From: Verrucomicrobiota bacterium | Lineage (GTDB): Bacteria > Verrucomicrobiota > Verrucomicrobiia > Opitutales > Seribacteraceae | Reading direction: 5' to 3' | NCBI GenBank assembly: GCA_027622665.1 | Contig: JAQBYT010000006.1 | Location: forward strand, 64,001-128,000 | DNA: 64,000 bases | Shown: piece by piece, positions 22,061 to 31,528 of the stretch | Position numbering within the stretch: the first letter of the stretch is position 1 | How the letters are laid out: each line of letters opens with the position of its first letter | Notes under the pieces: model-generated | Seen by the model: the letters and a program-made list of their open reading frames with translations, nothing else | Database searches by the model: none | What the model was told of the DNA's origin: nothing | Made by a program: the position numbers and the translations under genes

Positions 22061-23500
22061 CTACTTTTGCGTAAGTTCGGGAAAGGAATTCTTCAGGTCG
22101 AGCGTGTCGCCTGTTTCCTTTTGAAGTTTTAGAAATCGAGCAAAGAGGTTACGCATGAGAGGTAAGTTGGTCTCGTCTTTCGCGAGGTCTTTCATTTCCA
22201 TTGGGTCTGCCGCGATATCGTATAGGCGGGCAACGGGAACCTTTGGATAAAGGAGAAGCTTCTTGTCCTTCACGGTCACCGAGCGCTGGACCGATAGGTA
22301 AGCGCCGTAGATGGCATTGTAACTGGACTCCTTTGTTTCTCCTCTCGCGAGAGGCAGCACGCTGTTGAACTGGACGTGCTCGGGTTTCTCGACGCCTGCA
22401 ATTTCCAAGGACGAGGCCATCACGTCCTGTAGGTAAATGGGGGCGGACACCTTTGTTCCTTTAGGTATCTCCGGCCCCTTTACGATAAAGGGGACGCGAG
22501 TGCTGTGCTCGTATAGGTTCTGTTTGCCGAACAGACCGTGGTGGCCGACCGCCAATCCATGGTCTGCAGAGAAAAAGACATAGGTCTCATCGCCCATGCC
22601 GGACTTTTCGAGGGCGTTTAGAATTCGTCCTATCTGTTCGTCCATGTGGGTGATTATTGCGTAGTATTCCTGTCTGTGTACCTTGACGGAATGTTCCGTT
22701 CTCGGCATCGGGCCTAGCTTTTCGTCGCGCAGTCCGTGTTGGCAGCCAATTTCGTCCTTGTAGGGGTACATGGGTAGAAAGTTCTTTGGAATGGCGATGC
22801 GGTCGAGGGGATACTTGTCGACGTATTCTTTGGGCGACTGCCTCGGGTCATGAGGAGCATTGAAGGCAACGTAGGCGAAGAAAGGCTTTTCCTTTTCGTG
22901 CTTCTTGGCTTGGGCGATGTAGTCGAGGGCATCGTCTGCCACTATGGCGCTCCAGTGCCTGCCGCCTTTCCAAAAACCCTCGAACTTCGGGTCGTATGGG
23001 CTCCATGGGTCGGGCTTTCCGGGCAAGGGACGATTGTAGCCGGCGGGAGTTTGGTTGGGCATGCCCGGTCGCACGTTGCGAGCAACGTCGAAACACTTAT
23101 CGGCGCTGGCCCGTACGTGCCATTTTCCCGTAAAATAAGTTTGATAGCCTGCTTTTTTCATGTTCTCCGACCAAAAGCGTCCTGCAGCACGCTCCTGCTC
23201 AGCCTTCTTGGAGGCTTCGTTGGCATGCCAAAGGAAACGCCCGGTGTTGAGCATGTGGCGGCTGGCCAAGCAAACGGCTCCGCTCCACGAGCCCATATTG
23301 TAGGCCCGCGTAAAGGTTACACCCGCATTCATGAGGCGGTCGAGGTTGGGCGTTTCGATATCCGTCAGACCCATTCCTCCAACAGTCTCGAAGCACTGGT
23401 CGTCGGCGAAGATGAAGAGGACGTTCGGCTTCTTCTTGGCATAAACGGAAAGGGCGGAGGCTAAAGCCGCCGCGAGGACGAGGAGCACAGGGCGAATCAT
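22061..23500 (-). CDS. Exported sulfatase (S1 family)
   Basis: Signal peptide, KPNVLFIFADD, CLASRHMLNTG, TGKWH, APHDP, ADHG and GKQNLYE motifs. Confidence 0.9.
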   Translation of the reverse strand: MIRPVLLVLAAALASALSVYAKKKPNVLFIFADDQCFETVGGMGLTDIETPNLDRLMNAGVTFTRAYNMGSWSGAVCLASRHMLNTGRFLWHANEASKKAEQERAAGRFWSENMKKAGYQTYFTGKWHVRASADKCFDVARNVRPGMPNQTPAGYNRPLPGKPDPWSPYDPKFEGFWKGGRHWSAIVADDALDYIAQAKKHEKEKPFFAYVAFNAPHDPRQSPKEYVDKYPLDRIAIPKNFLPMYPYKDEIGCQHGLRDEKLGPMPRTEHSVKVHRQEYYAIITHMDEQIGRILNALEKSGMGDETYVFFSADHGLAVGHHGLFGKQNLYEHSTRVPFIVKGPEIPKGTKVSAPIYLQDVMASSLEIAGVEKPEHVQFNSVLPLARGETKESSYNAIYGAYLSVQRSVTVKDKKLLLYPKVPVARLYDIAADPMEMKDLAKDETNLPLMRNLFARFLKLQKETGDTLDLKNSFPELTQK

Positions 23501-23570
23501 GCCCTACATGTTTGGGGACGCGTCGAGTCTTGGCAAGAGTGTAGAATGGGAGAAGAAACTTTCTTACATG

Positions 23571-23723
23571 TCACTTGTCGGATGCGTTTTGGTCCCCAAT
23601 GAGTGCGTTAGGTATCTCCTCGAGTTCCAACAAGCCCTTTGTGGGATCGGGCAGTTGTCTCTTCGTCGGTCCCGTGTTCTTTGAATTTGATTCTTCTTTG
23701 GTCGAGTTCTCCGAGAGTTGCAT
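23571..23723 (-). CDS. Possible small protein (50 aa)
   Basis: Hand-translated MQLSENSTKEESNSKNTGPTKRQLPDPTKGLLELEEIPNALIGDQNASDK*; GGAGGG 14 nt upstream; fills an otherwise empty gap; below the ORF-track cutoff. Confidence 0.3.
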   Translation of the reverse strand: MQLSENSTKEESNSKNTGPTKRQLPDPTKGLLELEEIPNALIGDQNASDK

Positions 23724-23845
23724 CCGATGAATATCGACCCTCCGATGGGAGGGATAAGGGTACGGCGAGGTAGTGAACTGTTCATGAAGTGATGAAACTG
23801 GCAGGACTTGAAAACGGGAAACGAAATGATTTCATGGCGAAGTGC

Positions 23846-23876
23846 AAAAAAAAATCCGCAGGATTTGCGGACTTTT
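23846..23876 (-). terminator. Rho-independent terminator after 23901..24569
   Basis: Minus strand TCCGCA-AATCC-TGCGGA followed by a T9 run. Confidence 0.75.
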
Positions 23877-23900
23877 CGATGGAGGAATTGCCTTTAAAGG

Positions 23901-24569
23901 CTAACGCCGACAGTCTTGCATCACTCTTAGCCAAACCTCTCGAATGTCGTACAACCGTAGAGATGTCTCCTCCAAATAGTCACTTAGGATTTTGGTGTTG
24001 TGATGCTCAAAAAGGCGATTGAGCCGTAGAGATTCGTTGAGTGCTGAGTGAGATTTCTTGAAATGGCATACGGCGAGCTGATAATCACCCAGATCCAAGC
24101 TTTGTGCTCCTAGTATAGAGTGTCGCTCACCATCTGCCAAGCTAGCGCAGTAACTCCATACCAAGTTGGCTTGGGGTTGAGTCTGGTTGTGCCGCATTAA
24201 GTGTTCCCACGATGCCCGAAGGTAAACATACAGGGCGGTGGTGGAAACATAGACGGGGTGCTTGTGGATGGTATAGGGATCCGAATCAGTGCAAGCTTCG
24301 TCTTCCTCTTGATCATCCAGGGTCGACTCCTCGGAAAAGCCTAGCTCATCTTCGATTGCCGACCAGTCTTCACTATCCCAGCCCATGAGGTGGGCCGCTT
24401 CATCCAAGCGATCGTTTTTTTCGGGGACACTGTTGTAGACAGCTATGAAGCGAGACACTTCTTTGTCGGAATCACGAAGATATCGCTGCCAGTCCGATTC
24501 ATTCCATGCGATCTCGCCTCCGTCATCCCAATCTCCGTCGTAGTTGCTTTCGAAATCGTACTGGCTCAT
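23901..24569 (-). CDS. Hypothetical protein with acidic N-terminal half
   Basis: 222-aa ORF with protein-like composition, followed by a terminator. Confidence 0.75.
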   Translation of the reverse strand: MSQYDFESNYDGDWDDGGEIAWNESDWQRYLRDSDKEVSRFIAVYNSVPEKNDRLDEAAHLMGWDSEDWSAIEDELGFSEESTLDDQEEDEACTDSDPYTIHKHPVYVSTTALYVYLRASWEHLMRHNQTQPQANLVWSYCASLADGERHSILGAQSLDLGDYQLAVCHFKKSHSALNESLRLNRLFEHHNTKILSDYLEETSLRLYDIREVWLRVMQDCRR

Positions 24570-24698
24570 TGCTGGATTTTGTGTGCCGCGGGAATTGCGA
24601 CGTGTTTAATCTTTGTTTTCAACCGGAGAAAGAACAAGGTCAAATTATTTTTCAGGAAAGAGATTGGTCGAAAAGTTAATCTTGGTTATGCGGATGTG

Positions 24699-24980
24699 AT
24701 GTCGACTAACTGCTTTCGTTTGAATGTGAAATTTACCGGTAGGGTTCAGGGAGTAGGTTTTCGGTGGAACGTCAAAGACGTTTCGAGTGGGCATTCGGTG
24801 ACGGGCTATGTTAAGAACTTGCCTGACGGTTCGGTTGAGATGCTTGCCGAGGGCGAGGAAGACGAGGTTTTATCTTTTTTTGTCGGAGTGGAGGAGCGAA
24901 TGCTCGGTTACGTGACGGAACGTGTTCAGCTTCCAAGGGTTGGAATCAGGCAGTTTTCCTCTTTCGAGATCACCTCTTGA
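24699..24980 (+). CDS. acyP: Acylphosphatase
   Basis: GRVQGVGFR and GYVKNLPDGSVEMLAEG signatures; start reassigned to ATG 24699. Confidence 0.93.
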   Translation: MSTNCFRLNVKFTGRVQGVGFRWNVKDVSSGHSVTGYVKNLPDGSVEMLAEGEEDEVLSFFVGVEERMLGYVTERVQLPRVGIRQFSSFEITS

Positions 24981-26159
24981 TTAGCGCCGGCATCTTTTTA
25001 GGCTCATCAGGGCCATGGCTGTGCCGTACTGTTGGTGATAATCGTAAAAGGGGTAGTCCCACCAAGATCCGTCTTTTTCTTGAAGGGGAAGGAGGATGGC
25101 TGCGAGGTGGTTTTGGTATAGAGGCTGATCTGCCTCGGGGAGGGTTTTGATGCAAAAGGCTGCGTAGTAATGACCGTAGTAGAAAAAGTAGCCCGCCACT
25201 TGGAACCAAGACTCATGGGGTACGGGGCGCTTGCGGGCTACGCTTAGCCAACCGTTGCGGGCAATTAGGCGGTCGAGGCAGATCTTGTGCACGTCGTGCG
25301 TCACGGTTTTGTCGCCCCAAAGTTGCAGGGCCAAGTTGCAGGCATGGGAACGCCCCAGACTGCCCCCGGGACGATTGATGCCACGGCGTGGTTTCCATTT
25401 CAGGTATTCCCCATAGAGATAACTGTGATCGGGCAGGCGTTGTCGCTGTGTTGCGTCGTATGCTCGCTTGACGAGTTTTTCAGGTGGTTCTATGCCACGC
25501 TCCTTCGCTTCATGCATAGCGACGAGGCCAGTTGCGTTGACGAAAGATATTGAACTGCCGGATGGTTGCTTGGTTTGGGCGTTGAAATCGTAATATCCCC
25601 AACCCCCGTCGATCGATGCATAGCGCTCGAGCATGCCGATCTGATGATTTATCAAATCTTCAATACGAAGAAGTTTAGTTTTGTTTGCATCGGAAACATC
25701 AACAATTCTTTTGTGCATGCGAGCAAGGGCTTGTATGCCATAGGCATGCGCCCAGACGTTGTAGATAGCCATGGGCGTTGCCCGCCTCAGGTAAGGAAGT
25801 CTTTCCAGCAAGTATTCTTCCCCTTTTCCGATAACCTTCGAGTAGTTTGAATCGTCGCCCTTGTTTTCGATGAGCGCTGCAGTCGAAAGAGCAGTGACAG
25901 CAAGTCGAAAGGCACGGTGGGAACCAGGTACGGGAGCGAAAATGTTTAGCCCCTTGGTGTTTCGAGCGGAACCCCATGAGCCATCCGGATTTTGTCGTTT
26001 CTTCAGGAATTCGCATCCTCTGTCTATGGAGTCGAGAATGGTTGCCTGTGTAGGAAACTCGACCTCGGGCAGGCGTATAGGTCGTTCAATTCCCGAATCA
26101 TCCGCAATTACGGAGATCGAGAGAATGAGAAACAGTGGGATGCAGAGGATGCGATACAT
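24981..26159 (-). CDS. Exported prenyltransferase/squalene-cyclase-repeat (alpha/alpha barrel) protein
   Basis: QW-type repeats QNPDGSWG, DGGWGY and QEKDGSW; signal peptide. Confidence 0.78.
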   Translation of the reverse strand: MYRILCIPLFLILSISVIADDSGIERPIRLPEVEFPTQATILDSIDRGCEFLKKRQNPDGSWGSARNTKGLNIFAPVPGSHRAFRLAVTALSTAALIENKGDDSNYSKVIGKGEEYLLERLPYLRRATPMAIYNVWAHAYGIQALARMHKRIVDVSDANKTKLLRIEDLINHQIGMLERYASIDGGWGYYDFNAQTKQPSGSSISFVNATGLVAMHEAKERGIEPPEKLVKRAYDATQRQRLPDHSYLYGEYLKWKPRRGINRPGGSLGRSHACNLALQLWGDKTVTHDVHKICLDRLIARNGWLSVARKRPVPHESWFQVAGYFFYYGHYYAAFCIKTLPEADQPLYQNHLAAILLPLQEKDGSWWDYPFYDYHQQYGTAMALMSLKRCRR

Positions 26160-26185
26160 CGTGGAGGTCTCGGGGAGGAGGTGGC

Positions 26186-27802
26186 TTAATCCTTCGGCTT
26201 CTCAGCTAGAATTTTTTTGCCTGCTTTTAAGCCCTCAATAACTTCGATGTTTTCTCCGGATCTTTCTCCGGTCTTTACCGTTTGTTTTTTCGGTTTTTTC
26301 CCTTCGCGGTGGAGATATACGAATTTATTATCCTCGTCTTTTCTTTCCGAAAATACGGCACCGGCGGGGACTACGATTGCTTGCTCGTTCTCGTAAACGA
26401 GGAATTGGAGTTGGCATGACATTCCGGGAAGAATGCCCCTCGCTTCTTTAGGCATGGCAAAATCTACCAGAAGTTCGAATTTCCCCGGGGATACAGGAAC
26501 GTTGGACACTTCACGGATGCTCCCTGTTAGTTTTTGGTCGGGGAATGCCTTGCATTTCATCTTCCCCTCGCAGCCTTTCTTCAGTCGCCGCAGGTCTGCC
26601 TCCGGAAGGCTTGCGCGCACGAAGAGTGGTTTTGGTTCGACCACTGTCATAAAGACTTCGTTCGGTTTGAGCATGCCACCTTTACGCAATCGGGCTTTTA
26701 AGTCGGTGTCACCCGACCATTTCCCCTTTTCGAAAGTGCCCCTGTAAAGAACTCCCGAAGTGGGGGAGGGGACTGTCATCGCCTTGCGATCAGTTTCTAG
26801 CCGGACAAGGTTTTCGGAAGCCTTTTTGTGCTGCTCTGCTAGCTTTTTTGATTCCAGTTGCTTTTTTTCAAGTTCCACTGGCTGGATTTTACGCAAAGCT
26901 CGGGAAGAAAGCTCGTCTCTCTTGGCCTTTTCCTTCGTCTCCAAATCTTCGCGAGGAATATTGACCTTGAGAGCGTCTTCATTTCGGATTTTGGCGCCTT
27001 CCAGAGAAAACTTGGCACGATCAACAGTGCGTTGGGCTCGTACCAGTATTATTTCCTCCGTTTCTTCGGTTAAGTCGTCGGCTTCGTACATCTTCTTGAG
27101 CTGTTTGAGTTCTTCTTGGGCGTAGACCAAGGTGTCCTCATAGTTTTTTAGGCTCATCGCTGCGGTTCTTTTGCTGAATGGACTCTTGATTTTTTCGTAT
27201 CGGGCCAAATCTTCCTTGGAGTACTTTTCCTTTCTCTCGATTTCAGATAATTTAATTGGCGCAATGGCCTCAGCAAGTTTCAGATCGGCGGCGGCGATTG
27301 AACGATCCAAGTCGAGGATTCGTAAGTCGTGGCGTAGATTGGATATCTTTTCATCGATTTTTTCGAAATCGAATTTCACGAGCTGTTCGCCTTTTTTTAC
27401 GAGTGCGCCCTGCGGTTTCGCCTCCAATACCGTCAGCTCGGCCCAAGACTTTGTATTTACTGATACTTCGCTCATTCGGGTGCTCTCGAACACGCCTTCA
27501 AGATTTAGTTTCACATAGAGAGGTTCTCGTTTCGCCTCGTGTGTCTTGGCTTTGTCTTCTGCCTCTTTTTCCGATTCCTTGGGTTTTTCGTCGCTCTTCT
27601 CGCTTTCTTCTCCTTTTTTTTCAGGATCGGAGGCAGTTTCGGATTCATTTTTCGAGTCAGCTTTCTGTTCTTTTACAGGTTTGGCACATTCCTCGATGGC
27701 GGTTCCTTGCGTGTCCAGAACTTTTGGCTTGGCGTTGGCTTGGACTAGAAAGAAGCATGACAGGCACGCGAGTGCGTGGCGGTGGCTTGGTCTGTTTTTC
27801 AT
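26186..27802 (-). CDS. HlyD/RND periplasmic adaptor-like protein with long coiled coil
   Basis: VKKGEQLVKFD, long coiled coil, VPSPTSG, LPGMS and EVIEGLKAG. Confidence 0.82.
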   Translation of the reverse strand: MKNRPSHRHALACLSCFFLVQANAKPKVLDTQGTAIEECAKPVKEQKADSKNESETASDPEKKGEESEKSDEKPKESEKEAEDKAKTHEAKREPLYVKLNLEGVFESTRMSEVSVNTKSWAELTVLEAKPQGALVKKGEQLVKFDFEKIDEKISNLRHDLRILDLDRSIAAADLKLAEAIAPIKLSEIERKEKYSKEDLARYEKIKSPFSKRTAAMSLKNYEDTLVYAQEELKQLKKMYEADDLTEETEEIILVRAQRTVDRAKFSLEGAKIRNEDALKVNIPREDLETKEKAKRDELSSRALRKIQPVELEKKQLESKKLAEQHKKASENLVRLETDRKAMTVPSPTSGVLYRGTFEKGKWSGDTDLKARLRKGGMLKPNEVFMTVVEPKPLFVRASLPEADLRRLKKGCEGKMKCKAFPDQKLTGSIREVSNVPVSPGKFELLVDFAMPKEARGILPGMSCQLQFLVYENEQAIVVPAGAVFSERKDEDNKFVYLHREGKKPKKQTVKTGERSGENIEVIEGLKAGKKILAEKPKD

Positions 27803-27876
27803 TTGCGTTTACGAATTTCAAGTCGTGAAAAAATGGGGAGAGTTCAGAGAGTCCTTGTTTATGCAAATCGGTTAGC

Positions 27877-27898
27877 TCCGAAGTGCTTCCGAAGTGCT
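27877..27898. repeat. 11-bp perfect tandem duplication
   Basis: tccgaagtgct twice, just after the mscS stop codon. Confidence 0.8.
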
Positions 27899-27900
27899 GG

Positions 27901-29214
27901 TTAGGACACTTTGACCATTGACTCGGCAAGCGTGGAGACGTCACCGCCGGTGGGCAACTGAAAAGCTTTTAGTTCGAAGCGATTGAGGGAGGCAAGCAGG
28001 TGATCGAAGATATCGCCTTGAATGTCCTCGTAGTTTACCCAGTTCACATCGTTGGCGAAGACGTAGATTTCAATGGGTAGACCTTTGTCGGTGGGTGCCA
28101 GTTGGCGTACCAAAAAGGTCATACCTGTCTGGTGAATTTTTTTATTGGATTTCAGATAGGCAATGCAATATGCACGGAAAGTGCCTGCGTTGGTGAGACG
28201 GCGTCCATTGACCAGTTCCGTCATGTCGACTTTGTTTTTCTTGTTGTGATTGTCCACCTCTTTTTTCTTCTCCGATAGATATTCCTGCAATAGTTCGATT
28301 TTCTCTAAGCGTTCGTATAATTCGTCGTTTACGAATTGAACGGAGTTTAGATCTAACGAGATACTTCTCTTTATCCGCCTCCCCCCGGATTCACTCATCC
28401 CCCGCCAATTTTTAAAAGAATCGGTGACCAGTGCATAAGGTGGGATAGAGGTAATTGTCTTATCCCAGTTCTGGACCTTCACTGTGGTTAGGGAAACTTC
28501 GAGGACGTTGCCGTCGGCCCCATACTTTGGCATTTCGATCCAGTCACCCTTCCGTACCAAGTTGTTCACCGAAAGTTGTATGCCCGCTACCAATCCGAGT
28601 AATGCATCCTTGAAAATCAGAAAGAGAACGGCCGTCAGAGCTCCGAGCCCGGAAATGAAGTATAGGGGCGACTTGTCGAAAAGGATAGATAGTACGAAGA
28701 TTACGCCTGTCGCGTTGATGATAATCTTTAGGGCTTGGGCAAGTCCTTTCAGGGGTAGTCGCTTGGATGTTTCGAAATGCTGGTAGACTTCCAAACCAGC
28801 GTTCATCAGGGCATCGAAGACGAATAAGCTGATGACGACCAGATATACGTTCACCGCAATCTCGGCCAGTCCGAGCAAGGATGCTGAACCGGCAAATAGC
28901 CAAGGCGCCGCCACCTTCACGAGGATGGCCGGAGCTAGATGCGAAAGCCTCTGGAAACATTGAGCATCAAGCAATGCATTCCCAAATTTGCCGCCCGAGT
29001 GTTGGATCACCGAACGAATTACCTTGAGCACAATTCCCTTCACTAAGCCATTTATCAGCGAGGCCAAAACAACCAGAATCATTATGGCTATGGAACGAGA
29101 TAACCATTCCGCTGCGGTTTCGGTAACGCCGAAGGCATTTACCCACCAATTGCTTAGCTCGCTAGGAGAAAAAGGAATTCCATTCATAAAAGACAAGGGT
29201 TCAATTTTTGGCAC
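27901..29214 (-). CDS. Mechanosensitive channel, MscS family (YbdG/MscM-like)
   Basis: GDWIEMPKYGADG, TTVKVQNWDKTI, FKNWRGMSESGGRRIKR and VRQLAPT motifs. Confidence 0.93.
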   Translation of the reverse strand: MPKIEPLSFMNGIPFSPSELSNWWVNAFGVTETAAEWLSRSIAIMILVVLASLINGLVKGIVLKVIRSVIQHSGGKFGNALLDAQCFQRLSHLAPAILVKVAAPWLFAGSASLLGLAEIAVNVYLVVISLFVFDALMNAGLEVYQHFETSKRLPLKGLAQALKIIINATGVIFVLSILFDKSPLYFISGLGALTAVLFLIFKDALLGLVAGIQLSVNNLVRKGDWIEMPKYGADGNVLEVSLTTVKVQNWDKTITSIPPYALVTDSFKNWRGMSESGGRRIKRSISLDLNSVQFVNDELYERLEKIELLQEYLSEKKKEVDNHNKKNKVDMTELVNGRRLTNAGTFRAYCIAYLKSNKKIHQTGMTFLVRQLAPTDKGLPIEIYVFANDVNWVNYEDIQGDIFDHLLASLNRFELKAFQLPTGGDVSTLAESMVKVS

Positions 29215-29386
29215 TCACGGGCCAAACTAAAAATGAAAACTGATGACAGTCGAATAGCTTTTCCGTTTCTGATTCTGTTCAAGCAAAAAAGCTACACCAT
29301 TCGGCACGAACTGGACAAACTAAAACCCCTATGACAAAGCTGCCCCCGACATACGGCGGGGTAGGCGATGAAGAAGGAGTGGATTC

Positions 29387-30181
29387 TCAGCTGATTGACT
29401 CGATGTGTTTTACCTCGAGCGGGAAAGTCATTCGATTGCCGTTTCGGGCAATCATTCTAAGTACCGCCTGCATCCCTTTCTCCAAGACATACTCCGCATC
29501 GATATCCAGTGCGGCAGCCGCTTCATGAATCGATTGACTTGTCTCTTCGGAACAGACGAGGTTTCCTCGGGAAGAAATCGATGCTCGAGGCTTTTGCACA
29601 GTAGTGGTGCCTACTTTAGTGGCTACTACTGCTTCAGGTTCCGTGGTTGCGAGACGATTGGTTGGCTCATTCATGGTATCGGAAAGAATTCTATTGGATT
29701 TAACTTTTACGGGTTCTGATTCTGAAACTCGGTTTTCCTCGGATTCAAAAAGAAGTGCCGGGGATATGCCCCCTGCATCGGTATTTGATTCGGATGAAAG
29801 AGTAATGGGATTGGTCGGACTCTTCCCACTTAGGTTTTGCCCAAGCTCTTCTAGATATTTGTCCTGCTCGAGAACTTTCAACCGTTCTCTGGCAACCTCC
29901 AACTTGCCTTCCACTCCTGTGATCTCGTCCAGAAGATGAGGCTCTTGGATTGTTCCCGAGTTAGACGACTTTTTCAAGCCCTCTTGTAACGCGGAAATCC
30001 TTTTGTCCAAAGCCTTGCGCTGGGCGTTGACTTCCTGAATGATCTCTTCCGTCTCATGTCTCTTCCGAGAGGCTGAAACCTTCTCGCCTAGGGATTGCTT
30101 TTGTTTGCTCAGTTCCCCAATGGCCCACTGCAATGACCTAATCTGCTCATCGAGCAACTCGGGTTTCTTTTGTTTAATCAT
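29387..30181 (-). CDS. Hypothetical protein: coiled coil, low-complexity linker, small C-terminal domain
   Basis: Heptad-rich N-terminal ~115 aa, S/T/E-rich linker, helical C-terminus ending TFPLEV. Confidence 0.7.
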   Translation of the reverse strand: MIKQKKPELLDEQIRSLQWAIGELSKQKQSLGEKVSASRKRHETEEIIQEVNAQRKALDKRISALQEGLKKSSNSGTIQEPHLLDEITGVEGKLEVARERLKVLEQDKYLEELGQNLSGKSPTNPITLSSESNTDAGGISPALLFESEENRVSESEPVKVKSNRILSDTMNEPTNRLATTEPEAVVATKVGTTTVQKPRASISSRGNLVCSEETSQSIHEAAAALDIDAEYVLEKGMQAVLRMIARNGNRMTFPLEVKHIESIS

Positions 30182-30349
30182 ATTTTCCCTTTTATACACT
30201 GGCGCGAGACCCTAGTAAAGACCAAGTAGTTCACAACCCGCCAAACTTGTTCACAATTTGAATGTCAATAGTTGCTATTCCACCACGGAAAGCAATCTGC
30301 TGTCTAATACTTTTCGATACTGAAACCAGATAAACGTTCATTAACACAT

Positions 30350-30376
30350 AAAAAAGGCCCGATTTCACGAGCCTTT
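30350..30376 (-). terminator. Rho-independent terminator closing the glycan operon
   Basis: Minus strand AAAGGCTCG-TGAAAT-CGGGCCTTTTTT. Confidence 0.7.
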
Positions 30377-30468
30377 ACTGAGCAAAAGAGATTTGAGTCT
30401 AAGCTGATGAGTTAAACAAATTAGAGAACATTTTCAAAATTCAAATGGATATCCCCAAGTTATCGAGG

Positions 30469-31485
30469 TTAGCTCGTTAAGTTTTTGTGAATCCTCGCTA
30501 ATCGATGTTGAATGTTAGGGTCAGTGAATTTCTTCGCATATATTTTCAAGAAGTTTTCTTTGGCTGAACTTGTCATATTTTGCTTTTGTTCGGAATTTAA
30601 AGTTAGAAATTTCAAAAGTCCTATTCTTATAGCATCCGGACTTGAATATGCACATTTTTGGTTTTCGGCATAGAATTCAGGGTCACTCGTAAAAGGTTGA
30701 ATGATTTCTCGATGGGAGATTTCTATAAATGCCTCTTGTTGAAGCAAACTTTGATGCCCCCCCCAATGATTAGTGCAGACGGGAAGCTCTGCCATAATCG
30801 ACTCTCCCAAGGGTAATCCGAGTCCCTCTCCCAAGCTTGCTGAGACGAAGCAATCATGCTTTGCATACTCCGATAAAAGTCTATCGCGGGACCATTCTTC
30901 CTTGATTAGAACAATGTCTTCCCTAGGGCTTTCCCATTGGCAGGATGGTGATGTCTTGATTGTTAACCGGGCCTCGTTAGTCTTGAGGAACGCTTTCATA
31001 AACCCCTGCATGAGCAAATGATGGCCTTTGCGAAAGTGAGGTTCACCAACAAATAAAAACTTGGGTAGGTCTTCAATGCCCCAATCCCTTTTGGGAGGAA
31101 CATTTTCGGTATCGAGTGCCGGCGGAAGTTTGTACATCGGTTTGGTCAGACCTCCTCGCGACAAGATGTTGCGGACATGATCGGTTATCGTCCAGACCTC
31201 GTCGAATTCATTGAGTAAATTGATCCATGCCTTTGGGTATTCGCTCCACTCGTGAAGGGGTAGGGCGATATTGTAGCATTCGGGCAGGGGGACGAATCTA
31301 TCGCCCAGGGTGTTGTGGAACACAATCGTTCCAGCGATTTTGTTTCCTAGATCTCTGCTGGCTGCCGAGGTTTCGGGGGTCGGGAGATGGCAAACGCTTC
31401 TTTGCCCACGGAAGCTGTTGGCAAACAAATCGCCGATAATTTTGTAACTTCCTCGATGGAAATCAGTCAGAATTACTATATCCAC
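30469..31485 (-). CDS. Glycosyltransferase, GT-B fold (GT4-like)
   Basis: FLFVGEPHFRKG and CFVSASLGEGLGLPLGES (Ex7E). Confidence 0.82.
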   Translation of the reverse strand: MDIVILTDFHRGSYKIIGDLFANSFRGQRSVCHLPTPETSAASRDLGNKIAGTIVFHNTLGDRFVPLPECYNIALPLHEWSEYPKAWINLLNEFDEVWTITDHVRNILSRGGLTKPMYKLPPALDTENVPPKRDWGIEDLPKFLFVGEPHFRKGHHLLMQGFMKAFLKTNEARLTIKTSPSCQWESPREDIVLIKEEWSRDRLLSEYAKHDCFVSASLGEGLGLPLGESIMAELPVCTNHWGGHQSLLQQEAFIEISHREIIQPFTSDPEFYAENQKCAYSSPDAIRIGLLKFLTLNSEQKQNMTSSAKENFLKIYAKKFTDPNIQHRLARIHKNLTS

Positions 31486-31528
31486 GGGGTTATGATGTTT
31501 ATTCGAGACTTCAGGTAGGCTCAGCTAA

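Noticed and set aside
23564..23785. 73-aa Arg-rich minus-strand ORF from the track
   Set aside because: Composition looks non-coding; the alternative-frame 50-aa ORF is more protein-like, though also weak
24390..24698. Long N-terminal extension of acylphosphatase in the ORF track
   Set aside because: Overlaps the opposite-strand gene; AcyP homology begins at ATG 24699
30200..30468. Possible oriC (ttgttcaca resembles a DnaA box)
   Set aside because: Only degenerate matches, no box cluster, and no dnaA/dnaN/gidA context
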